From a virus, in the IMG/VR virus record IMGVR_UViG_3300010370_000027: a DNA stretch of 64,000 nt, one strand, 5' to 3'. This document shows positions 18,666 through 27,266 of this stretch, piece after piece; the first letter of the stretch is position 1; every line of letters starts with the position of its first letter. Both the position numbers and the translations under genes were made by a program. Below the pieces are notes generated by a model. It was not told where the DNA came from. It saw nothing but the letters and a program-made list of their open reading frames with translations, and did no database searches.

Positions 18666-18695
18666 ATTATAATACATGAACAATTTAATGGACAC
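18666..18695 (-). promoter_or_regulatory. Sigma70-like promoter for the epimerase-tdk-dCMP deaminase genes
   Basis: GTGTCC-N18-TATAAT. Confidence 0.6.
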
Positions 18696-18730
18696 TAAGA
18701 AAGAAGCCATTCTTTCTGAGAAATTAATTG

Positions 18731-19117
18731 CTAGAGCATCATTCTTGATACAACTTTACCAGAAATTTCTTCTGAAGAATCTTTGTGCGGTGTGTTTGAG
18801 AGAACTTCAACTATAGCATTGCTTAAGTAATAAGCTAGAGCCTCGTTCCAAGCAGCGGGACGCGCCTTCTCTGAAACAAGCTGTAGTTCGAATTCTATGT
18901 TCTCCCAGGCCTCATAAACGGATTCAAACATGATGCTTTCATCATTTGTTAGAATTTCGTCTACGATGAACTGAGAAACTCCTTCCCTCTCAAGAGAGAG
19001 AGCAATACCTTCTCTAAAATCTGAAAAATTATCAATGAAAGACTTTTTCGTAATCATCTCCTTGATTTTCAATCTAAGAGAAGATCTGATCAACTTTCTA
19101 ATCTCGTCAAAGTCCAT
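18731..19117 (-). CDS. Hypothetical protein with shared leader
   Basis: MDFDEIRKLIRSSLRLKIKE; ATAATTA 5 nt upstream. Confidence 0.65.
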   Translation of the reverse strand: MDFDEIRKLIRSSLRLKIKEMITKKSFIDNFSDFREGIALSLEREGVSQFIVDEILTNDESIMFESVYEAWENIEFELQLVSEKARPAAWNEALAYYLSNAIVEVLSNTPHKDSSEEISGKVVSRMML

Positions 19118-19125
19118 TGCTTTAA

Positions 19126-20127
19126 TTATGCTTCCTTCTTCCAGAAGCTATACATTTTCTTTTCGATCTCATAATTCATCATCTTGACAGTTCGATTTGG
19201 TTGCGATGTAGCCCATACGAACATCTTCTCTATGAGATCATTAAAGTCTGTCTCATCTTTGAACCCAAGATCTTTCTTGGCTTTGCTGTGATCGCAATAA
19301 GCAAGTTTTACTTCATCTCTGGCTTCAAGATGAACTAGGCTCGTATTATAGCCAAGCTTGTTTGCAACGCTGCAAAATCGATTGGCAGCTTCGAGAATTG
19401 TCATTTCTGTGTCTGCGCCTATGTTATAGGTTTGACAATCACCTACCATCATAAGCTTTTCAAAAGGCTCCATGTAATACTTGATATCAGAGAACGATCT
19501 AACCTGAGAACCATCTCCATAGACTGTAAGTGGCTGTCCAGACAATGTCTGTCTAATCCAAATGCCAAGTACATTCCGATATTTGTCCCAAATATTCTGA
19601 TATATCCCGAAGACGTTATGGGGTCTAACTATAGAATAGTTCAAGCCGAAAAATCGAGAAGCTTGTTGTAAATCCATCTCTATCGCATACTTTGCTATTC
19701 CGTATGGATCTTCTGGATTTGGTGTCATTTCCTCTGTGTAGGGCGGCTGGTATGCACTCCCATACACATCCATCGAAGAAGTAAAAATTACCTTCTTTAC
19801 ATCGTTATTGATGCAGCTATTGATTAAGTTGACAGAAGCAACAACGTTGTTCGTGTAGTTAAAATTTCTGATAAATGGACTTAAACCAACAGCAGCGTAA
19901 GCTGCAAAATGATAAGCATAATCGGGCTTTGTATCCTTGAAAACTCTGTCTATTTTCTCAGCATCAACAAGATTTCTTTCATAGAAATCAACTCTTGGAT
20001 CAATATTTTCTATATAACCGCCACTAAGATCGTCAACTCCTACAACTTCATGCCCTTTTTCAAGGAGATGACGTGTAAAATGCGATCCCAAGAGACCAGC
20101 ACACCCAGTTACAAGTATCTTTGACAT
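19126..20127 (-). CDS. Second NAD-dependent NDP-sugar epimerase/dehydratase
   Basis: TGCAGLLGSH, TSSMDVYG, YGIAK, RPHNVFG, GDGSQVRSF. Confidence 0.93.
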   Translation of the reverse strand: MSKILVTGCAGLLGSHFTRHLLEKGHEVVGVDDLSGGYIENIDPRVDFYERNLVDAEKIDRVFKDTKPDYAYHFAAYAAVGLSPFIRNFNYTNNVVASVNLINSCINNDVKKVIFTSSMDVYGSAYQPPYTEEMTPNPEDPYGIAKYAIEMDLQQASRFFGLNYSIVRPHNVFGIYQNIWDKYRNVLGIWIRQTLSGQPLTVYGDGSQVRSFSDIKYYMEPFEKLMMVGDCQTYNIGADTEMTILEAANRFCSVANKLGYNTSLVHLEARDEVKLAYCDHSKAKKDLGFKDETDFNDLIEKMFVWATSQPNRTVKMMNYEIEKKMYSFWKKEA

Positions 20128-20135
20128 GAAATCAA

Positions 20136-21053
20136 TTATACCTTGTCGTGGCGAACGTGAAGACTATTATAGTTTACATCGAGAAAAATTTGCTTGGGAT
20201 TCCAAGAGAAGATTCTTGCAATTTCTGCTGAAAGATGAGAGAGAAATCTAAGATCTGCCGATCCGTTTTTGATGGAGTCAGTACTTCTAAGACCACACAA
20301 TACTCTTAAGCTGCCTGATCTGTTCAGAAAGTGGATCGAAGATATGCAGGTATCACTTGAATAGAAGAATCTTCTCGTATCCAACCCTTGCGGAGAATTG
20401 TAAGGATTTTCTCCAGCAGTTTCCTTCTGAATAACTTCTTTACACTTGTCAAAAATGCCTTTAAAGTATTCAGCTTCATGTTCAACAAACATGACGTCTG
20501 GGTCTTTGTACTCTGGTGAGAGATTTAGCCGGAGACCAAACTGAATCTCAGCGTCTGAATCTAATTTGGTCCACATTCTACTGAGGGAACCAAGCATTGC
20601 AGGTGTGAGCTGCTCATACTGATTCAATGCTCGTAAGGCAAGTTGAGTTACTTCTCGCTTGCTACAATTGCTCCTAATCACAAAAACATTGGGTAGCGAT
20701 TCAATCTTCTCTGTCTCTTCTAGAAAAATATCATAAAGACGACTGAGAGAGATTTCATTCTGAAATTCGTCGCCTCGTTCACGAAGCCTATTCAAAATCA
20801 CATCTTTTTCTGGGAGAAGAATTACAAAAAAGTTATTTGCATTACAAAGCTCTTCTCTAAGAGAGAATCTTAGTTCCTCAACGACGGGTCTGTCATACAG
20901 ACGAGCATAGCACAGAGTAGAAAGATAGGACCTGTCTCTAATATTTCTAATAAATGCTGTTGCCTTATTGAGGTCTGAATAAAGAGAAGTTTTTCCGCTG
21001 CAATCAGGACCCTCTAGAATGACATATCTTACAGGTAGGCTGCTCAAATTCAT
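20136..21053 (-). CDS. Fusion of a dNMP kinase with a truncated thymidylate-synthase/dCMP-hydroxymethylase-like domain
   Basis: N-terminal ILEGPDCSGKT and DRSYLS; C-terminal DTRR, TCISSIHF, RSTD.......D, SLHV. Confidence 0.75.
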   Translation of the reverse strand: MNLSSLPVRYVILEGPDCSGKTSLYSDLNKATAFIRNIRDRSYLSTLCYARLYDRPVVEELRFSLREELCNANNFFVILLPEKDVILNRLRERGDEFQNEISLSRLYDIFLEETEKIESLPNVFVIRSNCSKREVTQLALRALNQYEQLTPAMLGSLSRMWTKLDSDAEIQFGLRLNLSPEYKDPDVMFVEHEAEYFKGIFDKCKEVIQKETAGENPYNSPQGLDTRRFFYSSDTCISSIHFLNRSGSLRVLCGLRSTDSIKNGSADLRFLSHLSAEIARIFSWNPKQIFLDVNYNSLHVRHDKV

Positions 21054-24000
21054 ACCATTTGCCTCATCTTAAAAATTGAAGTAGAAAATCCCCATTGAGC
21101 GTCGTGCTGAGCCTTGCACACCCAGAGAGTGTAAGGCTTGATGTCTTCTTGGGGTGTGCCCCATACCCTAATCCTTGACGTCCTGAATGTATTGTCAAGG
21201 GTCTTAATTGCATAAAAAACCTTTCCGTTCTTCGTCTTTTTCATCTCGACCGAGGACGCGCAAAACCATCCAATTCCCTCAGATCCTGCAGGTATTTCAT
21301 GTAGACTTGGAACCTCTTTTTCTTCAACCTTCTTCATAACATCTGGTGGGAACAGTAGGTCTGAATCGATTGTAGAGGTAAGCTCATATCTGACCCCAAT
21401 CTTCTCTTCTCTGTCCCAGTCTTGCGTGGAAGAAAGCTCCTCTAAGAGAAAATCTAGGATGGGCATTACAGGTTCTCCAAGTTTCTCCTTCTTTTTCATC
21501 TGGGAAGGTGTCAAACCATAATAACCTTTTCTCAGCGTTTCATAGTTATCGCCCTCAGTAAGAGCCATTAAAAGCTGTCTATGATTTGCAACACGACCAT
21601 ACTGAAAATCCTCTAAAGATTCAAGTGCCTCTATTCTGCAAAGCGCTGTAAGAACGGTCTTGTTAATCTTGCTAGGTCTCCATGTGCCCGCTTCATCAAA
21701 GAGCATGCTGCTAAGGTTCTTATAGGGTCTACTTGCTAGAATCTCGTCGACTGCGGATGAACCAATTCCCTTCACAGAAGTCAAAGGAGGAACGAAAGCC
21801 TGCGCAGCATCAGAATATTGCCATTCTTTTCCCGAGTAATTAACATCTATCTTCGAGAAAGAATAGCCGATCGTCTTGATCTCAGAAATAGCCTTGGCAA
21901 GAGCGTCTGGATTGGAGTTCTCTGACTGTAGAATAGTTGCAAGCCATTCCTTCTCGTAGTGAGTGTGGAGCCATGCTGCATAGTAAGAATCAAGTGCATA
22001 TGCGACCGAGTGTGACTTATTAAAGCCGTAAAGAGAGAAGAATTCAATCTTGTCAAAAAGCTCATGCATCATCTTCTCGTCAAGGTCGTGAAGGCGCTTT
22101 GCTCCACTAACAAACCGCTCTCTAAGAACAGCTCTTTCGCCGCCTTTTTTGTCAGCAGTGTCAAGAGACTTCTTTACGAGAGTCTTTCGCATCTGATCAG
22201 CTTCGCCTTCAGAGAATCCAGAGAGCTCCATTGCAAGCAACATGAACTGCTCCTGGAAAGTGATGAAGCCCCTGGTCGCTCCGAGAACTTTCTCGATGAG
22301 AGGATGGTCGTACTTAATTTTAGAAAGGTCTTTCCCGGCATCGACGTACATGTTATGAACGTTCGCCTTGAGCGGTCCAGGACGATAGATTGCTGTAACT
22401 GCAGCTAGCTCGTCGATATTATTGGGCTTTGCCTGCATACAGAACTTTCGTGCACCACTCGCAGTAAATTGGAACACACCTACAAAGTTTCCCTTATGAT
22501 ACACGTGATCCCATACTTTGGGGTCGTCCTGTTTGACATATCGACAGTTAAGATGCTTGTCGAAAAAAGTCTTAATGTCTGTAAAAGAAGGATCTGGGTT
22601 GCCTTCCTTAACGAGAATGCGTCTAATGCAGTTCTCAACATCCTTGAGAAGTGTGAGTCCCAAGAAGTCGAACTTAAGGAACCCGTTCTCCTCTAGATTT
22701 CTGAAGTTCATACCTTCAGACCAAGGAGTCTGTAGTTCACCTCTGACACCGATGATAGGCATGGTAGCTGCGAGATCATCAGGATCGGCGACAAGAACAC
22801 CGCCCGCGTGGCGACCGACAGAACGATTCTGCATGAAGAGCGTTTCGACGTGCGCCGCTACGTCGGGGTATTTCTCCATGAAGTCTTTGTACTTTGGAGA
22901 ATATTTCATGCAGTCCTCGTGTTTCAAAACAAAGACCGACTTTTCAGTATCGTCATCTCGCGCCTGATTCATTACCTCGTCTTGTAGCGGTCCTGTCATC
23001 TCATTGACTTCTTCGAAGGGAACTCCGTAGATCTTAGAGATGTCTTTTACCAATGATTTAAGCTTCAAGGTGTTGAAGTTAGATACTGGGATTACTGCGT
23101 CGTCGCCAAATAGTTCGCGCGCAGAATCGATGAGTACATCACGGTCACCGGCGTCAGAGTCAATGTCGGGCCATGCAACCTTTTGACGATTGAGGAATCG
23201 ACCCCACAGTAGATTATATGGAATTGGATCAATCTGAGTGATACCGAGAAGAAAGTTGACGAGAGATCCGGCTCCGCTTCCTCTTCCTGGTCCGAGAAGA
23301 GTCCGCTCTTCAGACTTCTTGAAGATCTTATACATCGTGACGAAGTAAGAAGAGTGTCCCAAGAATTTGATGTCAGACAGCTCCATCTTTGCTCGCTCGA
23401 TATATTCAGCCTTGTCCGAAAGACCTTCGCGCTCGAGGCCTTCTTTTACGAGCTTCGTTAGCTGTTGGAACGTGGAGTTACCAGGTTCGTCGAGGTGCGG
23501 AAGTTTTGCCTTGACAGGAATCCAGGTGTCTTCGCATTCTTGCCACGCAAGATCGTGAGTTCTCTCAATCGAATCGCGAACAAGCTCTTCGGTACCCTGA
23601 TAGAATTCATATTGTTCATATGACTTTAGAAATTCATCCCACATCTGGGTGGCATTCTTCGGATATAGTTCGCACTTAAGATCCTCAAATCTTGGAAGTG
23701 CGCCTTGATCGAGTTTCGCACCCATCCAGCCGAGCTTCTTGTAAAGTTCGCGTGCTTGCCACTTAGACGGGTCTGGGTAGTGAGAATCGCATGTGGAGAT
23801 AAGCGGGATACCCGTTTTCTTATGCAAATCAATTAGATACTTGTTGACTGTATGTTGCTTCTCAAGCTTATTGAACTGCAACTCCAAGAAGAAGTTATTG
23901 CGTCCAACAGCATCTACAAAACGATCTGCAACGTTCTCGATGTCACTGAGAATCTCTTGCCCAGTCTTGCCATGCGCTTCTCCAAGAAGAATCTTGGAGG

Positions 24001-24646
24001 AGAAGTATCCGCCAAGGCAAGCGGTCGACCAGATGATATCTGATCCGTACCTAGACAAGAGATCGAAATCGATTCGAGGATATCGATAGAAACCGTCCTT
24101 GTACGACAGCTTCACGAGTCTGTAGAGATTGGCCAGGCCGTTCTTATTTTTTGCAACTGCGACCAAGTGGTAACGCCTTTGCCAATCTTTCGATTTAACG
24201 TCGACAGTCTTTGTTTCATTCTCGTCCTCTACGACGAGACCACCCTGTTCCTCTTCGTCTGCATCGACGTCCGTAGGTGTCTTGGCACGCTTTTCAGCCT
24301 CGGCTGCACTCTTGGCGTCCTTGATAGATTGCTTGTGAGCTTCGTAGTCGAGCGACCATTGAGTCAGCGAGGGAACGAAGTAGAACTCAACACCGTACAG
24401 CTGGCGATACTTGATGCCCTTCTTCTGGATCTTGGCGGCTGCATTCTTGGCGTGTGCGTGACCGTTGCCGTTGCCGTGGTCGGTCAAGGCCCAGGCATCC
24501 ATTCCCTGAGATTCAGACGTCACAAATGAAATGTGATCTCCTGGATAGCCGAGACCGTCAAATGTTGAAAATCCTGAGTGCGAGTGTAAACCGACGAACC
24601 GATTCGGAGGCCTGATTTCATCCAGCGACTTAATGAGACTTGACAT
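21050..24646 (-). CDS. dnaE: DNA polymerase III alpha subunit (family C)
   Basis: PHP domain (LHSHS, TDHG, DSHY), GRGSGAGSL, PDIDSD, HAGGV, KFDFLGL, YGFNKSH, C-terminal OB fold. Confidence 0.97.
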   Translation of the reverse strand: MSSLIKSLDEIRPPNRFVGLHSHSGFSTFDGLGYPGDHISFVTSESQGMDAWALTDHGNGNGHAHAKNAAAKIQKKGIKYRQLYGVEFYFVPSLTQWSLDYEAHKQSIKDAKSAAEAEKRAKTPTDVDADEEEQGGLVVEDENETKTVDVKSKDWQRRYHLVAVAKNKNGLANLYRLVKLSYKDGFYRYPRIDFDLLSRYGSDIIWSTACLGGYFSSKILLGEAHGKTGQEILSDIENVADRFVDAVGRNNFFLELQFNKLEKQHTVNKYLIDLHKKTGIPLISTCDSHYPDPSKWQARELYKKLGWMGAKLDQGALPRFEDLKCELYPKNATQMWDEFLKSYEQYEFYQGTEELVRDSIERTHDLAWQECEDTWIPVKAKLPHLDEPGNSTFQQLTKLVKEGLEREGLSDKAEYIERAKMELSDIKFLGHSSYFVTMYKIFKKSEERTLLGPGRGSGAGSLVNFLLGITQIDPIPYNLLWGRFLNRQKVAWPDIDSDAGDRDVLIDSARELFGDDAVIPVSNFNTLKLKSLVKDISKIYGVPFEEVNEMTGPLQDEVMNQARDDDTEKSVFVLKHEDCMKYSPKYKDFMEKYPDVAAHVETLFMQNRSVGRHAGGVLVADPDDLAATMPIIGVRGELQTPWSEGMNFRNLEENGFLKFDFLGLTLLKDVENCIRRILVKEGNPDPSFTDIKTFFDKHLNCRYVKQDDPKVWDHVYHKGNFVGVFQFTASGARKFCMQAKPNNIDELAAVTAIYRPGPLKANVHNMYVDAGKDLSKIKYDHPLIEKVLGATRGFITFQEQFMLLAMELSGFSEGEADQMRKTLVKKSLDTADKKGGERAVLRERFVSGAKRLHDLDEKMMHELFDKIEFFSLYGFNKSHSVAYALDSYYAAWLHTHYEKEWLATILQSENSNPDALAKAISEIKTIGYSFSKIDVNYSGKEWQYSDAAQAFVPPLTSVKGIGSSAVDEILASRPYKNLSSMLFDEAGTWRPSKINKTVLTALCRIEALESLEDFQYGRVANHRQLLMALTEGDNYETLRKGYYGLTPSQMKKKEKLGEPVMPILDFLLEELSSTQDWDREEKIGVRYELTSTIDSDLLFPPDVMKKVEEKEVPSLHEIPAGSEGIGWFCASSVEMKKTKNGKVFYAIKTLDNTFRTSRIRVWGTPQEDIKPYTLWVCKAQHDAQWGFSTSIFKMRQMV

Positions 24647-24652
24647 GTTTGT

Positions 24653-24682
24653 ATCTTAAATTTCTTTCAGATTCTTTTACAC
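24653..24682 (-). promoter_or_regulatory. Sigma70-like promoter, leaderless, for dnaE
   Basis: GTGTAA-N18-TAAGAT-N6-ATG. Confidence 0.65.
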
Positions 24683-24963
24683 TACTTGCGCTTCTTAGAC
24701 TTGACCTTCGAAGCGTTGACTTTCTCTGCCTCGTCGAGAAATCCTTTAACTGCATCTACGATGTACTTGTCAAGATAGTGACCAAGCTCTTGCTTCAAGT
24801 CGTAGACAATAAAGTCTTCCCACTTCTTTCGATCATAGTCAGATCTTTGAACATCGAATGTCGTGATCTCAGGAAGATTGGATTGAAGATCGATCGACTT
24901 ACCTCGAAAGTAACCATCGTCAGTTTCTAAATCAATATGGAACTTAAACGTACTACGTGACAT
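24682..24963 (-). CDS. Hypothetical protein
   Basis: Own promoter and GGAG Shine-Dalgarno; start MSRSTF. Confidence 0.6.
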   Translation of the reverse strand: MSRSTFKFHIDLETDDGYFRGKSIDLQSNLPEITTFDVQRSDYDRKKWEDFIVYDLKQELGHYLDKYIVDAVKGFLDEAEKVNASKVKSKKRK

Positions 24964-24979
24964 TGTGAACTCCAATCAC

Positions 24980-25020
24980 ATCGTAAACAATTCAGGCAGC
25001 CATTTGCACAGCTGCCTGAA
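24980..25020 (-). promoter_or_regulatory. Sigma70-like promoter overlapping a 10-bp inverted repeat
   Basis: GTGCAA-N18-TACGAT; ttcaggcagc/gctgcctgaa. Confidence 0.6.
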
Positions 25021-25023
25021 ACA

Positions 25024-25485
25024 TCACTCGATTTCCTTATCGTAAGGTTCGTAGAGCATCTTACCTGCATCCCTGCAGCGATTAAGATAGTCCTCAAGCT
25101 GATCGAACGTGGTACAAACCTTAATACCAGATCGACTGAGCATTAGGTTGAACTTGGCTCCTGGTGGGAGGTTCTCACAGAAATAGACGATCTTGCGGTC
25201 AAGGGCGAATGCAGCTCCTGCCTCCCAGATTGTGCCGATGTCACGATAGGTGGTGTTAACAAGAGTGAAGTCGCATTCGCGGATGTGCTTCATGTTACCC
25301 TTGAAGACGTTGTCCTGAACCTCGAGAGAGGCATCTGGTGGGCAAACGAAGATGCGACGAGGAGATGCAAGCTCGATCCAGTCCTCACGGCTGTCAAAGA
25401 CAGCTTCAAGCTTCGTGAGTTGCTTGTCCTGGTCTGGCGAAAACCACCCTGATGCCAAATAGACATGTTGTTTACGATCGAACAT
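25024..25485 (-). CDS. Nucleoside 2-deoxyribosyltransferase / dNMP N-glycosidase family protein
   Basis: VYLASGWF, SPR, DIGTIWEAGAAFAL.RKIV, FNLML. Confidence 0.88.
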   Translation of the reverse strand: MFDRKQHVYLASGWFSPDQDKQLTKLEAVFDSREDWIELASPRRIFVCPPDASLEVQDNVFKGNMKHIRECDFTLVNTTYRDIGTIWEAGAAFALDRKIVYFCENLPPGAKFNLMLSRSGIKVCTTFDQLEDYLNRCRDAGKMLYEPYDKEIE

Positions 25486-25712
25486 TATTGACTCCTCCGC
25501 TTGTATTCCTGTCGACGTGCTTCCATCTCACTCCACACGTCGTCGTGTGTGAGAACAATGCTAAGACATTGTGTCACAGCATCTGTGATCTGATCGTTGA
25601 TGCCCTTCGGCATGTTCATGTTCTGCATAACGTGTGCAATGAGTTCTAGATCATCCATCTTCTTCATGTTACTTACCAGCTTTCCAGGCATCATGTTGCG
25701 CCTTGAGTCCAT
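25485..25712 (-). CDS. Small hypothetical protein
   Basis: Fills the gap between the ThyX-like gene and the NDT gene; true start may be a later Met. Confidence 0.55.
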   Translation of the reverse strand: MDSRRNMMPGKLVSNMKKMDDLELIAHVMQNMNMPKGINDQITDAVTQCLSIVLTHDDVWSEMEARRQEYKRRSQ

Positions 25713-26652
25713 CCCAGTCCTTCATATCTGCGTTCCACAGTTCGGTGAACCTCTTCTGTGGACCATCGCCGTGGGTACCATTGATCTCCTCCCTCGTGCA
25801 CTGGTAGATCGTGTCGTTCGGGTGGAACTCGAACTTGTCGTTCTTTGGAATAGGCCAGTAGAGGTTAGTGCCACGGGACACGAACTTGTCACCTTCCTTC
25901 ACGCGGAAGGTCTTGATGTAGTGCATATCGGGCTTGTTGAAGTCGATCACCGACGTGAACTCAGGAATCACCTTGGCGACTTCTACGGCCATTCTCGAGG
26001 CGAGGAGGTTGTCAGCAGCAGGCTGGATCTGCGTGTCCATGCGCTGGTAAATGAAACCGATGAGGTCCTTGAGCGACAGTCGCATGTAGTAGAACGAGGT
26101 CATGCACTTCGGGAGGATGAGTCGGGCATCCATCATGGAGACCGCCTTGGAGTCGACCATCTCAGCGTAAAGTTCCTTGGAGTCGTTTACGATCTTCTCC
26201 CAGCGGCGAAGGAAGTCGGGCGAGTTCTGCACGGGTTCCGGAACGACCACGTCGTCATCACGGAGGTCGCGATCACCCGTGCACTGTGCAGCGAAAGTAC
26301 CTGCACGGTGGCGAATGATGTGAGTCACCTCCTGGAAGGACAGGCCGCTGAGACGGAACGTGAAGCCGAGGCACTCCATTGGAGCAGGAAGAGTGCGCCC
26401 ACCAAATACGTCCTCGAGGTTCTTGGAGAGTTCCTGCTGCGACACTCCTTCAGTCGGGTCGATGTCTGGGCGATCTGCCCAGGTGGCCTTGACGTAGTGC
26501 CATGCCACGTTCCATGCCTGTTGGCGGGTCGGGTGATCGACTAGCTCCACTTTGAGAGCGTCGAGGTTGTTAAGGAAAGTGGTCTTCGGTTCTTGACCGA
26601 ACTTGAGGACCATTGGGAGTTCGATTGGTTCTAGATCTTTATTGATGGGCAT
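25669..26652 (-). CDS. Divergent ThyX-fold flavoprotein with C-terminal extension
   Basis: KVELVD, FTFRLSGLS, IIRHR, DARLILP, QR; the motif after RHR is AGTFAAQCTGD instead of xxSxxQxSxRY. Confidence 0.8.
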   Translation of the reverse strand: MPINKDLEPIELPMVLKFGQEPKTTFLNNLDALKVELVDHPTRQQAWNVAWHYVKATWADRPDIDPTEGVSQQELSKNLEDVFGGRTLPAPMECLGFTFRLSGLSFQEVTHIIRHRAGTFAAQCTGDRDLRDDDVVVPEPVQNSPDFLRRWEKIVNDSKELYAEMVDSKAVSMMDARLILPKCMTSFYYMRLSLKDLIGFIYQRMDTQIQPAADNLLASRMAVEVAKVIPEFTSVIDFNKPDMHYIKTFRVKEGDKFVSRGTNLYWPIPKNDKFEFHPNDTIYQCTREEINGTHGDGPQKRFTELWNADMKDWDGLKAQHDAWKAGK

Positions 26653-26684
26653 GGTTTCTCCAAAAAGAGTTGCGGCTTAGCGTC

Positions 26685-26714
26685 ATTATAGACTGCAAGA
26701 GGACGATATTACAA
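26685..26714 (-). promoter_or_regulatory. Sigma70-like promoter for the divergent ThyX-NDT genes
   Basis: TTGTAA-N18-TATAAT; GGAGA Shine-Dalgarno downstream. Confidence 0.72.
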
Positions 26715-27266
26715 TAAACAAGAAACAGCGTCAATGAACTGTGTTTGAAGATGATCAGGTATTGCTTTTCTATAGTCGACAGGGAAGAAATCATTTCTGT
26801 CAACGGCAACATTAAAGTGATTCTCGTGATTGGGAGTGCTAGCGTGATGTGTGTGACCGTGAACGACGTGCTCTATTTCACCAATCTCGTCAAGATTAAC
26901 GCCGAAATCTTGAGCTGTCATGAGTGGGTAATGAATTACCAAAACACCACCCAGCTCAAGTCGTTCAAAAACTTTTTCGAATCCTGACGCTTCATACCAA
27001 TCATCAGTCTGATGATCGTGGTTGCCTCTCACGAGGAATTTTCTTCCATTAAGAGATCGGATAACTTCCCTCAAATTTTCTTCCCTTTTTCCAAGACCAG
27101 CAGACAAATCGCCACAATATATGACTGAGTCATCTTTACCGACCGTGGTGTTCCATCGACAAATCATGTCAGCATTCATGCAATCGACGTCTGAAAAAGG
27201 TCGATTGCAATACTTGATTATGTTAGAGTGAAAGAAATGATGGTCAGATGAGAAGAAAATACTCAT
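26709..27266 (-). CDS. Calcineurin-like metallophosphoesterase
   Basis: SDHHF.H, GD, GNHD, HYP, HGHTH, NVAVD. Confidence 0.92.
   Translation of the reverse strand: MSIFFSSDHHFFHSNIIKYCNRPFSDVDCMNADMICRWNTTVGKDDSVIYCGDLSAGLGKREENLREVIRSLNGRKFLVRGNHDHQTDDWYEASGFEKVFERLELGGVLVIHYPLMTAQDFGVNLDEIGEIEHVVHGHTHHASTPNHENHFNVAVDRNDFFPVDYRKAIPDHLQTQFIDAVSCLL

Noticed and set aside
25597-26544. 315-aa plus-strand ORF antisense to the ThyX-like gene
   Set aside because: Shadow of biased codon use on the coding strand; no motifs, promoter or Shine-Dalgarno. The same applies to other plus-strand ORFs such as 5157..5615, 5814..6329 and 61180..61842
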